DNA of 64,000 bases from Pseudomonadota bacterium (GCA_043821645.1 JBDRCO010000036.1:1-64000), one strand, 5' to 3'; counted from the stretch's first letter, positions 19,897 through 30,052 are shown. Notes: a model not told the origin generated them from the sequence alone. Numbers and translations: made by a program.

Positions 19897-20621
19897 AAGG
19901 GTTTGGGTTGCCCATGCTGGTCAGCGCAGGCTTGCTGGCCGTGTCCCTCGGTCGCGCCCAGCCTGACTCGCAGCCAGGCCGTGCGTCCGCGGAGCCTGTT
20001 GCGGTGCGGCAGGAAGTACTGGTCGAGGCTCTGGTTGCCACGGTCAACCAGTCCGTGATCACCCTGGGGCAGGTCGAGGCCGAGGCGCGCCTGGTGCTGC
20101 TGCGGCGCGGTGGGGCCGCCGGGGCGGAGCGAGCGATCGACGACGGCCTGCGTGCCGCCGTCCTGCAGTACATGATCAATCAAGAGATCATCCTGGCCGA
20201 GGCGCGGCGCCTCCAGCTGTTCCAGGTGCCCGAGGAGGCGATTCACGACGAGGTGGTGCGCATCGCGCGTCTGTTCGGCGACCGGGATCACTACCTGGCC
20301 TTCCTCGCCCACCAGGGGCTGAGCGAGAGCGACGTCGTGGATATCGTGCGCCGTGACCTGCGAGTGGCCAGGTTTCTCAAGAGCCGCGTGCAGATGATGG
20401 CGCGCCTGTCTCCCGACGAGGTCCAGGTCTACTACAACGCGCACGCGGCGGATTTTCCGGAGCGCTCACTCGACGAGGTTCGGGCCGAGGTCGAGGACAG
20501 GCTGGGTCGCGAGCGTCACGACCAGGCCATTCGTGACTGGGTGGGGGAGCTCAAGGCGCGGGCTGAGATTCGCATCCTGCGTTCGTTCGAGACGGAGGCC
20601 GTGCCGGAGCCTGCACCGTGA
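19893..20621 (+). CDS. SurA N-terminal domain-like periplasmic chaperone
   Basis: Signal peptide, VATVNQSVIT, C-terminal WVGELKARAEIRI; GTG start overlaps the engB stop. Confidence 0.75.
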   Translation: MKGFGLPMLVSAGLLAVSLGRAQPDSQPGRASAEPVAVRQEVLVEALVATVNQSVITLGQVEAEARLVLLRRGGAAGAERAIDDGLRAAVLQYMINQEIILAEARRLQLFQVPEEAIHDEVVRIARLFGDRDHYLAFLAHQGLSESDVVDIVRRDLRVARFLKSRVQMMARLSPDEVQVYYNAHAADFPERSLDEVRAEVEDRLGRERHDQAIRDWVGELKARAEIRILRSFETEAVPEPAP

Positions 20622-21094
20622 GCAGGCTGACCCCGCCGCGCATCCTGGACCTGGGTGCGGACCATGTCGACGCCCTCGTGGCCGTGGCCGAGGCCAGCAC
20701 GGCCCACCCCTGGTCCCGGACCCAGTTCAGGGATGAGCTGCAGCGCGAACCCTCGCGTATCACCGGCCTTCTCGTCGCCATGCCGGACGGAGCCGAGGAG
20801 CTGGCCGCTTACCTCGTGTGGTGGCTGGTCCTGGACGAGGTCGAGATCCTCGACGTGGCCACCCACCCGCAGCATCGACGCCAGGGCCTGGCCCGCATGC
20901 TGGTGCAGGACGTCCTGGAGCGCGCGTGCGGGCAGGGGGCTCGGCTCGCCCACCTCGAGGTGCGAGCCAGCAACCAGGCGGCACGGGCTCTGTACGCGGC
21001 CCTAGGCTTTGTCGAGAGTGGTCGGCGGCGGGGCTACTACTCGGCCGAGAGCGAGGATGCGCTGCTGATGTCCTGCACGCTGTCTCCCGCCTGA
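20618..21094 (+). CDS. rimI: Ribosomal protein S18 alanine N-acetyltransferase
   Basis: PWS, DEVEILDVATHP..RRQGLA, LEVRASNQAARALY..LGF...GRRRGYY, EDALLM. Confidence 0.93.
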   Translation: MSRLTPPRILDLGADHVDALVAVAEASTAHPWSRTQFRDELQREPSRITGLLVAMPDGAEELAAYLVWWLVLDEVEILDVATHPQHRRQGLARMLVQDVLERACGQGARLAHLEVRASNQAARALYAALGFVESGRRRGYYSAESEDALLMSCTLSPA

Positions 21095-22773
21095 TCAGAC
21101 AGGCGCGCTGCCACGCAGGGCTGGTCTCGCATCCAGGCCACGAGGTGGTCGACCATCTCGGGTGCCAGGCGGCGATCCGGATCGAAGTACTGGCCCAGCC
21201 CGGCCTCGCCGTCGACGCGCATGAACAGGTGGTCGAGACCGTCGAGGATCTCGATCTGCAACGGCAACTCGGCTCTCGCCGCGCGCAGGGCCTGCAGCTC
21301 GGCCTCCGTCGCTGGCACCTGTATATCCAGGCTCGCGTAGAGGGAGAGCACCGGCGCAGGCTGGGCGCGCAGGACAGATGCCGGGTCGTGCAGCAGGTGG
21401 CTGCGCAGCCAGGCTGCGCCTTCGCCCCCGAGCACCGTGGAGAGGCTGCGGTCCTTGCCCGAGCGCAGCAGCTTGAACAGGACGGCCTGTTGCTTGCGGC
21501 CGGTGTCCATCTCCTCGGGTGTGGCGCTGGCGCTCTCCAGGATGAGTCCCAGCTGATCGACCATCACCTTGTCGAGGGGCCGCGCGGATCCCGCCACCAG
21601 GATGGCGCCGGCCAGCGGGTGCTTCTGGTTGCCCAGGGCAGGGGCGATGTAGCCGCCCTCGCTGTGGCCGAGGGCGAACAGGCAGTGCGGGTCCACCGCC
21701 GGGTGCTCGGCCATGGTGTCCAGCATGGACGCGGCGTCGTCACGGAGCACATCGAGGGTCAGCGCCACGTCCTCGCGACGCGTGCTCTTGCCAACCCCGC
21801 GCTTGTCGTAGCGCAGCACCGCGATGCCGGCCTGCCCCAGACGCCAGGCCAGGTCCACATAGATACCCAGCGCCTTGCCTGGCGCGCCTCCGTCCCGGTC
21901 GATGGCGCCGGAGCCGTGGACGATGAGCAAGGCTGGCGCCGGCGTCTGTCCAGGATGGCTCAGGGTGCCTTCGAGGTGCGCGCTGGCCAAGTCGGCAGCG
22001 ACGATCTCCTCGACGAGGCCGGCGGGGCGAGGGACCGGGGCGCGGGCAGGCAGCTCGACGCCGTGACGCCGGGCCAGAAGGCCACCAGGCAGCTCGAGCG
22101 CCAGCAGGCTGCGATCCGCGGCGTCCAGCCACAGCGTCTGTCCCGTGGTCGCGGTGCGCGCAAACAGGCGCAGACCCTCGCGGGGGCGGCCACCGACGAC
22201 GATCGGGGCGCGCTCGCGCAGCGACAGACTCAAGCGGACCACCCGACCGCTGCGGGCTGCCACCACGTCGAGAGCCTGGTTCACGCCTTCGGGCACAGGC
22301 ACCTGCCGCACGAAGTCCCACCAGCAGGCGACACCCCCGCTCGTGATCTGACCAAAGGGCACCAGCTCCTCGAGCACGAGGTGGCTGCCCGCGGGCGCCT
22401 GCACCTCGCGGAGGGCGAGTCCCTGGCGCTGGCTCCAGCTCAGCTCTCCCCCGGCCAGGTCGAGGGTGATGTCGTCGAGCTGCCGGTTGACGGTGCGCAG
22501 CGCCTGGTAGTGAAGCGTGCTGGCGTCGAGCCGCAGCAGGCTGGCGCGCAGGCGCGTCCGGGTCTTGCCGAAGGCCACGTCCAGCGCCTCGAGCAGCAGC
22601 TCGGGGCCATCGCCGCGGGGTCGCGACAGCACGGACTGCCCCACGCGCTCGCCGTCGGGCGTGAAGACCTCGAAGCGCGCAAGCTCGTCGACAGGCCCGG
22701 GACCCGGGCTGCAGCTCGCCAGGCTTAGCCAGGCCGCGAAGACGGGCACGCGCCCAGTCACGGCGAGGGACAT
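21037..22773 (-). CDS. Alpha/beta hydrolase lipoprotein with an N-terminal beta domain
   Basis: Lipobox LAS-C, HGSGAIDRDG, RYDKRGVG, GHSEGG, DIQV, LDHLF. The 3' end overlaps rimI. Confidence 0.85.
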   Translation of the reverse strand: MSLAVTGRVPVFAAWLSLASCSPGPGPVDELARFEVFTPDGERVGQSVLSRPRGDGPELLLEALDVAFGKTRTRLRASLLRLDASTLHYQALRTVNRQLDDITLDLAGGELSWSQRQGLALREVQAPAGSHLVLEELVPFGQITSGGVACWWDFVRQVPVPEGVNQALDVVAARSGRVVRLSLSLRERAPIVVGGRPREGLRLFARTATTGQTLWLDAADRSLLALELPGGLLARRHGVELPARAPVPRPAGLVEEIVAADLASAHLEGTLSHPGQTPAPALLIVHGSGAIDRDGGAPGKALGIYVDLAWRLGQAGIAVLRYDKRGVGKSTRREDVALTLDVLRDDAASMLDTMAEHPAVDPHCLFALGHSEGGYIAPALGNQKHPLAGAILVAGSARPLDKVMVDQLGLILESASATPEEMDTGRKQQAVLFKLLRSGKDRSLSTVLGGEGAAWLRSHLLHDPASVLRAQPAPVLSLYASLDIQVPATEAELQALRAARAELPLQIEILDGLDHLFMRVDGEAGLGQYFDPDRRLAPEMVDHLVAWMRDQPCVAARLSDQAGDSVQDISSASSLSAE

Positions 22774-22775
22774 GG

Positions 22776-23549
22776 TCACAGCTCCTGCTGCCGCACCACG
22801 CGGTCGGTGGCGAGCAGGCTCGCCACGATGACGACGAGGCTCATGCTCACCGAAGGCAGCAGGCTGCGTGCCTCGCGACCCATGGCCAGGTCCACCACCA
22901 CCGTGAACAGACCGCCCGGGGTGAAGTGCCCGATGCGACCGAGCATGCCGGCCGCCGAGAACAGGGCGAAGGCGGCCAGGCCCGCACCGGCAGCGGCGGC
23001 ACTGCTGTCGAACAGGGCGCTGGCGAGCAGGCAGATGGCCAGGTAGACCCACAGCGCCAGCAGCATCACCGCGCACACCAGCGCATAGCGGGGCAGGTCC
23101 ACCGGCCCGATGAGCACGATGGTGTAGAACAGGCTGGTCAGTCCCGCGAGCACGCTGCCGACGAGATACAAACCGGCCGAGGCCGTGAACTTGGACAGTA
23201 CCCAGGCGCTGCGGCTCACGGGCTTGGTGAGCACCAGGGCTGCAGTGCCAAGCCGGCGCTCGCTGCTGAGCGCGCCCATGCCCAGCAAGATCACGATCAG
23301 TGGCAGCATGCCGAAGTTCTTCTGCAGCTGGAACACAGCGTCGTTGACGTCGGGCTGCTTGGTCACCACCAGCTCGATACCACTCATGTCGTCGGAACCC
23401 GCCGCCAGGCCCAGGATCTGTGGCATGAAGTGGGCCAGCAGCGGTGAGGCGGCCCCGATCAGGAAGAACAGGGCCAGCACCACGGGCAAGCGGTAGGTGC
23501 GTAGCTGTTCGCGCAGTTCCTTGCGCAGCATGGGAAGGAAGCCTCTCAT
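22776..23549 (-). CDS. ABC-2 type transporter permease (YxlG-like)
   Basis: KELREQLRTYR, ERRLGT..LVLTKPVSR...LSKF, about 6 TMs. Confidence 0.88.
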   Translation of the reverse strand: MRGFLPMLRKELREQLRTYRLPVVLALFFLIGAASPLLAHFMPQILGLAAGSDDMSGIELVVTKQPDVNDAVFQLQKNFGMLPLIVILLGMGALSSERRLGTAALVLTKPVSRSAWVLSKFTASAGLYLVGSVLAGLTSLFYTIVLIGPVDLPRYALVCAVMLLALWVYLAICLLASALFDSSAAAAGAGLAAFALFSAAGMLGRIGHFTPGGLFTVVVDLAMGREARSLLPSVSMSLVVIVASLLATDRVVRQQEL

Positions 23550-24502
23550 TCGACTCTCCTGCCGCCGTCCTGATCGACCAGCTGGACGAAGATCTGTTCG
23601 AGGCTGGGCTGCACGGGTGTCAGCTGGCGGATGCCGAGGCCGTGTGCCGCGGCAAAGGAGGGCAGGGCGCGCCCGGCCTGCTCGAGGTCCAGCACCGCGA
23701 GCCGCAGCGAGCCCGGGTTCTCGGACTCCTCACCGTGCACCTGCACCTCCCGCACCCAGGGTTCGGAGCGCAGGGCCGCCAGGGTCTGCGCGTCGTGATG
23801 GTCCAGGGTGAGATCCAGGGCGCTGAGCACGAAGCGCTGGCGCAGCGCTCGCGTGTTCTCGCGCAGCAGCACGCGGCCGCGGTCCAGGATGGTGACGTCG
23901 TCGCATACCCGCTCCACGTCACCGAGCACGTGACTGGAGAAGAACACCGCGCTGGTGCGGCCGAGCTCCTCCAGCAGGTCGAGCATCTCGGCGCGACCCA
24001 GCGGGTCCAGGGCGGACACGGGCTCGTCGAGGAGCAGCAGATCGGGTTGGTTGAGCAGGGCCTGGGCGATGCCCAGTCGCTGGCGCATGCCGCCCGAGTA
24101 GGTGCCGACCCGGCGCCGCGCCGCCTGCTCCAGCCCCAGACGCGCCAGCAGCTCGGAGGCACGCCGCGTGGCGTCCCGCCGGGCCAGCCCGAACAGCTCG
24201 CCCACATAGACCAGCAGCTCCTCGCCGCTCATCCAGCCGAAGAAGTGCGGTTCCTGCGGCAGGTAGCCGATGCGAGCGCGCACCTCGGGCACGCTCGCGT
24301 CCTGGCCGAACAGGCGGGCCTCGCCGCCGCTGGGCTTCAGCAGACCCGCCACGATGCGCAGGGTTGTGGTCTTGCCTGCCCCGTTGACGCCCAGGAAGCC
24401 GTGCACGCCGACGCCGTCGAGCTGCAGGTCCACGCCGCGCAGGGCCTCGAAGGCGCCAAAGCGTCGAGTCAGGCCGCGCAGCTCCAGGATGGGCGTGCTC
24501 AC
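23546..24502 (-). CDS. ABC transporter ATP-binding protein (YxlF-like)
   Basis: GVNGAGKTT, YSGGMRQR, LLLDEP, SSH; GTG start at 24502. Confidence 0.93.
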   Translation of the reverse strand: MSTPILELRGLTRRFGAFEALRGVDLQLDGVGVHGFLGVNGAGKTTTLRIVAGLLKPSGGEARLFGQDASVPEVRARIGYLPQEPHFFGWMSGEELLVYVGELFGLARRDATRRASELLARLGLEQAARRRVGTYSGGMRQRLGIAQALLNQPDLLLLDEPVSALDPLGRAEMLDLLEELGRTSAVFFSSHVLGDVERVCDDVTILDRGRVLLRENTRALRQRFVLSALDLTLDHHDAQTLAALRSEPWVREVQVHGEESENPGSLRLAVLDLEQAGRALPSFAAAHGLGIRQLTPVQPSLEQIFVQLVDQDGGRRVE

Positions 24503-24702
24503 TTGTCTTCCCGCGTCAGCAGGAAGTAGGCGGGGGCCCCGAGCAGATTGACCAGGATGATGATCGCGGCCCATGCGGGTTTTCCCCAGCGGACCTGTTC
24601 GCGGCGGTACAGGTGAACCAGGGCCAGGATCTTGAGCGTCAGATCCACGAGGAACACCGGGGCGATGAGCAACAGCAGGGTAGAGGTTTCCATCCCTTCC
24701 AT
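24499..24702 (-). CDS. Small two-TM PLDc_N-domain protein (YxlE-like)
   Basis: ALVHLYRR...KPAWAAIIILVNLLGAPAYFLL matches the PLDc_N pattern; heads the ABC operon. Confidence 0.82.
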   Translation of the reverse strand: MEGMETSTLLLLIAPVFLVDLTLKILALVHLYRREQVRWGKPAWAAIIILVNLLGAPAYFLLTREDK

Positions 24703-24756
24703 GAGGCACTCCGTGACAGCGCGGTGTCCCTCCCCGCTACACCTCCTGCCGGTGAT

Positions 24757-25194
24757 TCACAACTCGGCTTCCAGGTCCCGAACCTTCTTCTGCAGGGCGC
24801 GGCGCTCGTCGACGTTGGCCATGGTGCCTTGCTCGGTGGCCAGGCGTTCCTTGATCTCCTCCAGCTCCAGCACCCTGGGCACGATAACCCCCACGCGGGA
24901 GGCACAGAACATGGCGCGCTGTTGCTCGGTGCTGTCCCGGAGCCTGGGCGGGTCGCCACCCAGGTTGGCCACGCAGACGTCGGTGCGGCGCTGGATGACG
25001 CGGATGCTCCGCTCGTGCACGCGCTTGAGCAGGGTCACCCGTCTGTCCAGCGTGTCGCGGGAGGCCAGACCCTGGTCGCGCTCGACCTGAACGCGCCGCG
25101 TCTGCAACTCCGCCATCTCGTCCTCGATGGGCTTGAGCTGATCGAAGGGTGGAACGTTGAGCAGCGTCAGGGCGACCAGGAACGCGGCAGTCAT
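24757..25194 (-). CDS. Secreted coiled-coil hypothetical protein
   Basis: GGAGG RBS, hydrophobic N-terminus, heptad-rich, two Cys. Confidence 0.7.
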   Translation of the reverse strand: MTAAFLVALTLLNVPPFDQLKPIEDEMAELQTRRVQVERDQGLASRDTLDRRVTLLKRVHERSIRVIQRRTDVCVANLGGDPPRLRDSTEQQRAMFCASRVGVIVPRVLELEEIKERLATEQGTMANVDERRALQKKVRDLEAEL

Positions 25195-25218
25195 GGCGTC
25201 CTCCGCGGCGAGCGGCGG

Positions 25219-25869
25219 CTACTGTAGCACCTCGGCCACATAGGGGTTGAACCTCTTTTCCTGGCCAATGGTGGAGGTGGGGCGGGGCCCGTAGTTGTGG
25301 CCGGGGTAGACCACGGTGTCGTCTGGCAAGGTGGCCACGCGCTCGCGCAGGGATCGCGCCATCTGCTGCATCGAGCTGCCGGGAAGATCCGTTCGACCCA
25401 AGCCACCGACGAACAGCACGTCTCCCGTGAACACCGCACCCCGGTGATACAGCAACATGTCGCCCGGCGTGTGCCCGGGAGCGTGCACCACCTCGAGTTC
25501 CAGCTCACCCACGGCGATCTTGTCTCCATGCTGGACGCGTCGGGTTGGCTCCGGCGACGGCCCGCCCTCGAGCATCGCGAAGATCTGGCGCGACATCATC
25601 CCGTCGCCGTGAAGCTCGCAGCTTGCGTGGACGATGAGAGGCACCGGCCGCGCTGCCAGCACGGCGGCGTTGCCGGCGATGTGGTCAGCATGGCCATGGG
25701 TATTGATCACGGCTACCAGGGTGGCTCCGAGCTCCTCGACAGCGTGCAGCAGGCGCGGCACCTCGGCCGTGGGATCGATGATCACGACCTGGCGCGTTGA
25801 GGCGCAGCCAAAGATGTAAGCGAAGTTCGCCATGGGGCCGACCTCGAACTGCTGGATGATCGCGTTCAT
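25219..25869 (-). CDS. MBL-fold metallo-hydrolase (glyoxalase II-like)
   Basis: THGHADH, PGHTPG, FTGD, YPGH; AGGAG RBS before ATG 25869. Confidence 0.92.
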   Translation of the reverse strand: MNAIIQQFEVGPMANFAYIFGCASTRQVVIIDPTAEVPRLLHAVEELGATLVAVINTHGHADHIAGNAAVLAARPVPLIVHASCELHGDGMMSRQIFAMLEGGPSPEPTRRVQHGDKIAVGELELEVVHAPGHTPGDMLLYHRGAVFTGDVLFVGGLGRTDLPGSSMQQMARSLRERVATLPDDTVVYPGHNYGPRPTSTIGQEKRFNPYVAEVLQ

Positions 25870-25912
25870 GACACTCCTCTTTGGGTCGTGCGCGTCAGGG
25901 ATGGCACCCGGG

Positions 25913-28495
25913 TCACGCTGGTAGATAGCGCGACAGGGCGTCGGCCACCGCCACCACGCGCTCGGGCCCCCACCCCTCACCGAACTGCAACGGCCGTCCC
26001 GGACCTGGTCCGAGGGCTCCGAGGTCCTCGAGCAACCCGACCGCGCTCTCGGCCATCACCTTGGACACCGCCTCCTCGGCGAAGATCTCGCCGGCGAGCA
26101 AGGCATCGCGCTGGTCGTCGCGGATGTGCACCACCAGGTCCTTCCTCGACAGCTCGGGACCGAGGCGGGCGCAGGTCCGCATGGCAATCCAGTAGCTCTC
26201 GATATAGGGCGAGAGCAGGTTACCCACGAAGCGGTGCATTTCCTGCGCGGTGCTCGAGGTGGGCACCGACAGCCGGAGCGTGTCACCGCCCAGCAGGCCG
26301 TTGCGCAGGGCACGCTCGACGGTCGCGTCCAGGAAGTCGTGCAGGACGGCGTCCGCGGGCAACATGAACTCGCGTCGCAACAGGCGCACCAGCTCCTCAC
26401 TGCGCTGCAGGACGACGCGGCGTGGAGTCGGCTTGCTGCCGCTGGTGGAAGCCGCCAGGGCGGTGGCAACGATGCTCTCGGGGACAAAGAAGTGCAGGAT
26501 GTTGTTCTTGTAGCGGTGAAGCAGAGGACGGCGGCCCCGCACTAGCCTGTACTGGACCTCGCCGGCAGTGCTCTCCGCGATCACCAGGCCCTCGTCGACC
26601 AGGCGCCCCAGGGCCTGGCGCATGGCGGCATCGACATCCTGCAGGGCAGGGGAAAGCCGCGCGTCGCCAGCGGTCACCTCGCCGATGTGGTGCAGCATGC
26701 GCGCCACGTAACGGCGCAGGGAACTCTCGGACAGGGCGGGCCCGGTGTGGCCGAGAAGAGCCGCTGCGGCCAGCGCCGTGGGCGTCACCGGCGTCACGCG
26801 GTCGATGCGGCGCACGATCTCGAGCCCGAGCCCCGTCACCACGTCGCGGCGCTCCTCCTGGCTATGATCCTCGGGGGTGACACCCTGGGACAAGAAGTAC
26901 GCGCGCAGCGAGATGGGGTCGTGGACCGTCACGTACACGCGTCCATAGCGCGAGCGCAGAACTCCGGTGGCCTTGAGGAGCCCGCCCACGCTCTCTTTTT
27001 GCTTGCTGGCGCCGGCGAGCTCGCGCTCGTACTCGCGTTCCTCGATCACCTTCTCGTAGCCGATGCCAATGGGGACGAACTCCAGATCGCGCTGCGTGCT
27101 CTCGAGGAAGGCATCGACCAGCATGCCCAGCAAGCCCAGGCGGGGGGGCAGGGACTTGCCGGTGCGGCTGCGCGTACCTTCGATGAAGAACTCCTGGGTG
27201 AATCCCTCGCGCACCAGCTTGCGCAGGTAGGCGTGCATCACCGCCACGTAGAGCGGGTCGCCCTTGAAGGTGCGGCGGATGAAGTACGCTCCCGCGCGCC
27301 GGAAGATGGCGCCCAGGGGCCAGAACGAGAGGTTGGCGCCGGCGGCGATGTGCGGTGGTATCAGACCGTGGTGCGCCATGAGCTGTGACAGCACCAGGTA
27401 GTCGACGTGGCTGCGGTGCGAGGGGACCAGCACCACTGGCGCCCTCCGCATGGCCGCGCGGATGCGATCCATGTCCTCGGGCGGCACCACGATGCCGTCG
27501 TAGATGCGACTGAACACCTGGCGCAGCACCGCATCCATGGCATTGATCATGGAGATATCGAAGCGAGCGGCGAGCTCGTCATAGATGGAACGGGCGCGCT
27601 GCTGCAGCATGTCCGCGTCGAGGCCCTGGCGCTGTACCAGGGCCGCCACGGTGCGGCGAAGACCTGGATCGCGCAGGGCCTCGGTGCGCATGCGTGCCGG
27701 CGACTTGAGCGGTGGGCCGTTGTGCACCCTGTCTTCCCGGGCCAGGTAGTGCAGCAGCATCCAGCGCACCTTCTTGGTCAAGGTGGCGTTCGTGGCCTCG
27801 GGGTGTTGCTCGACAAAGCGCTGCAGGTTGAGGGGCTCGCCCACCAGCAGGCGGGTGCGGTCGCGGCGGAGCAGCAGACGCACCAGGGCGCGGAGCAGGC
27901 CCGGCTCCTCGGGTGAACCGAACACCGTGTCGCCGAGGGTCGGGGTGAAGTGGCCCGGGCGCTGGCCAAAGGTCAGCAGTTGCGGCACCAGAAAGATCGG
28001 CCTGTCGAGCTGGCGCTGGGCGGCGATCAGGGCCTGCACGTAGGACGCACGCAGCGACGGGCGCGAGCTGGTCAGGGTCAGAGGACGCCGCAGGAACAGC
28101 ATGGCCGCCTGGCCCTCGCGCACCGCCTGCTGCAACAGGAATTCCTCGCGTGCCACCGGGTCTTGAGGGGCGTCCGCGGGGAGCCGCCCGCGCCACAGCA
28201 AGCCCAGCGCCTGCACCAGGGTCAGCACCACACCGCCGACGAAGGCCGCGAGGGGAAGCCCCTCGGTGCGCAGGGCCTGCCACAGGCAGAGCACGTCAAC
28301 GACGTTGCGGCTGCGATGCACGTAGACCAGCACACCCTCGCCGCGGAGCTGGTGGAGCTGCCGCAGGCGTTCCGGATCCGCGAAGCGCACCTGTCCGATG
28401 AGGCGCCGGAGCACCCAGTCGAGGATCCCCGTGGCCTGCTGCGGCATGCCCCGGCCCGCGCGCCACACCGTTGTTTTTCGTGGAGACTTCGTCAT
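25913..28495 (-). CDS. plsB: Glycerol-3-phosphate O-acyltransferase
   Basis: PSHRSHVDY, GAYFIRR, FFIEGTRSRTGK, IGYEKVIE. Confidence 0.9.
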   Translation of the reverse strand: MTKSPRKTTVWRAGRGMPQQATGILDWVLRRLIGQVRFADPERLRQLHQLRGEGVLVYVHRSRNVVDVLCLWQALRTEGLPLAAFVGGVVLTLVQALGLLWRGRLPADAPQDPVAREEFLLQQAVREGQAAMLFLRRPLTLTSSRPSLRASYVQALIAAQRQLDRPIFLVPQLLTFGQRPGHFTPTLGDTVFGSPEEPGLLRALVRLLLRRDRTRLLVGEPLNLQRFVEQHPEATNATLTKKVRWMLLHYLAREDRVHNGPPLKSPARMRTEALRDPGLRRTVAALVQRQGLDADMLQQRARSIYDELAARFDISMINAMDAVLRQVFSRIYDGIVVPPEDMDRIRAAMRRAPVVLVPSHRSHVDYLVLSQLMAHHGLIPPHIAAGANLSFWPLGAIFRRAGAYFIRRTFKGDPLYVAVMHAYLRKLVREGFTQEFFIEGTRSRTGKSLPPRLGLLGMLVDAFLESTQRDLEFVPIGIGYEKVIEEREYERELAGASKQKESVGGLLKATGVLRSRYGRVYVTVHDPISLRAYFLSQGVTPEDHSQEERRDVVTGLGLEIVRRIDRVTPVTPTALAAAALLGHTGPALSESSLRRYVARMLHHIGEVTAGDARLSPALQDVDAAMRQALGRLVDEGLVIAESTAGEVQYRLVRGRRPLLHRYKNNILHFFVPESIVATALAASTSGSKPTPRRVVLQRSEELVRLLRREFMLPADAVLHDFLDATVERALRNGLLGGDTLRLSVPTSSTAQEMHRFVGNLLSPYIESYWIAMRTCARLGPELSRKDLVVHIRDDQRDALLAGEIFAEEAVSKVMAESAVGLLEDLGALGPGPGRPLQFGEGWGPERVVAVADALSRYLPA

Positions 28496-28646
28496 GCTTC
28501 CGTCGTCACCAGCGTTCGCAGGTCGCGTTGGCGGGACATGAACGGGGCTGGGTTAGCAGACTTTCGAAAAAAAGTCACAGTGCGAGGCCAGGCTCCCGCA
28601 GCCACACCCCTTGGCCGGTCCGGCTTCGCCGTGATAAGGAGACGCC

Positions 28647-29957
28647 ATGTCTCCCGACGCCGAGCGCCGCGCGCCGCCTGTGTTCCCCTCGCAGCAGACG
28701 CTGTTCTCAGGAAGGCAGCTCACGCTGGCCGACCTGCTCACGGTGGACAGCCTGGTGGGCACCCACGGTCCCCTGGCTGGCTACCTGGTGGCCGAAGGAG
28801 AACGCGATGCCCTTTACCTGCTGTTTCTCAAGGGCAAACCCCACTCGGCGGGCCTGTACCGCGACGGCCGCTTCGAGTCGTTGACCTTGCGTGAGTACTT
28901 CTCCCGGCTGCTCAAGAATGAAGGATCGGATCGGACCTTTGACCTGTTCTCGGCGGATCCCGCCGTGCTGCTCCTGATCTCGGTACAGATCCAGCGCAGG
29001 CCACTGCTCTCGGTCACCACGGATCTGGCCAGTCCCGAAGAGGTGCTGGCCAAGGTCGAGGAGCAGGGACGCGATGCCGTGGTGGCCCTGGTGGACGGCT
29101 CGCTGCGCCATGCGGTGTTCTGTCAGGCAGGGGTCCCGGTGCGCTTCCATCCGGCCGGCGAGGTCACGGTACCGCGCGAGGACTCCCTGACCGAGGCGAT
29201 CACCGTGTTCTGCTTCGAGCGCTCGGGCAAGCAGGCCGTGACCCTGGAGGTCTACGATGACCTCCGGGTCTCGCCGGCGCCGGACCACGGGCTGCCACTC
29301 AAGAGCTACGCCTCGCAGGGTGGTCAGGCCATTCGCTACGAGCTGACCCTGTTTGATGGCGCCGACCGGCTGGACACGCGCGTGGTGCAGGACGAGCGCC
29401 TCGTGATCGGCCGCGGCGACAACGTCGACCTGCATATCGACGACCCGGCCGCCTCTCGCGAGCACACCGCCATCGAGTGGAAGAAGGGTGCCCTGGTGCT
29501 GCGCGATCTCGGCAGCGACAACGGAACGTGGATCAACAACGCGCGTTTGCACGAAGCCCATGTTCTGCAACCCAATGACGAGATCCGTGTCGGTCGGATG
29601 CGCCTGGTGTTCCGGCCCCTGCCCCTGGCTGGTCGCGGCGGCAGTGATGACACCCTGCACCTGGACCCCTCGGCCCTGGGCGCGCGCATCGTCTATCTTG
29701 GCCAGAACGTCCCGCTGCGGGGCGGCATGCTGCTGATCGGTGCGGCCGGTGATGTGGATGTCCGTGTGACGGGTCTGTTCGTGCGCGGGCGCCAGGCCAG
29801 GATCTATCGAAACACCGACGGCCGCTACTGGCTGGAACACCTGGGGGGTCTGCGGCGAACCCAGGTCAATGGTAGCTCGGTTCACCACACCGTGCTGCGA
29901 ACCGGTGATGCCATTCGCATCGGTGGCGAGACCATGCGTTTCTACGACGCCAGCTGA
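28647..29957 (+). CDS. FHA domain protein (N-terminal PATAN-like region plus two FHA domains)
   Basis: IGRGD...ASREH...DLGSDNGTWIN; a second, degenerate FHA at the C-terminus; AAGGAG RBS. Confidence 0.85.
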   Translation: MSPDAERRAPPVFPSQQTLFSGRQLTLADLLTVDSLVGTHGPLAGYLVAEGERDALYLLFLKGKPHSAGLYRDGRFESLTLREYFSRLLKNEGSDRTFDLFSADPAVLLLISVQIQRRPLLSVTTDLASPEEVLAKVEEQGRDAVVALVDGSLRHAVFCQAGVPVRFHPAGEVTVPREDSLTEAITVFCFERSGKQAVTLEVYDDLRVSPAPDHGLPLKSYASQGGQAIRYELTLFDGADRLDTRVVQDERLVIGRGDNVDLHIDDPAASREHTAIEWKKGALVLRDLGSDNGTWINNARLHEAHVLQPNDEIRVGRMRLVFRPLPLAGRGGSDDTLHLDPSALGARIVYLGQNVPLRGGMLLIGAAGDVDVRVTGLFVRGRQARIYRNTDGRYWLEHLGGLRRTQVNGSSVHHTVLRTGDAIRIGGETMRFYDAS

Positions 29958-30052
29958 GCCTCGCCTTGGCAGCGTGCGCCCGGGCATGGCTTGGGTCCGG
30001 ACCTCAGATCCCTCGTCACTCCCGCTCGTTGTGATCGGGAGGGAGCGTGCCC

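Noticed and set aside
24757-25869. Readthrough fusion of the MBL hydrolase with the in-frame downstream ORF
   Set aside because: The downstream ORF has its own GGAGG RBS and hydrophobic leader, and the MBL domain is already complete.
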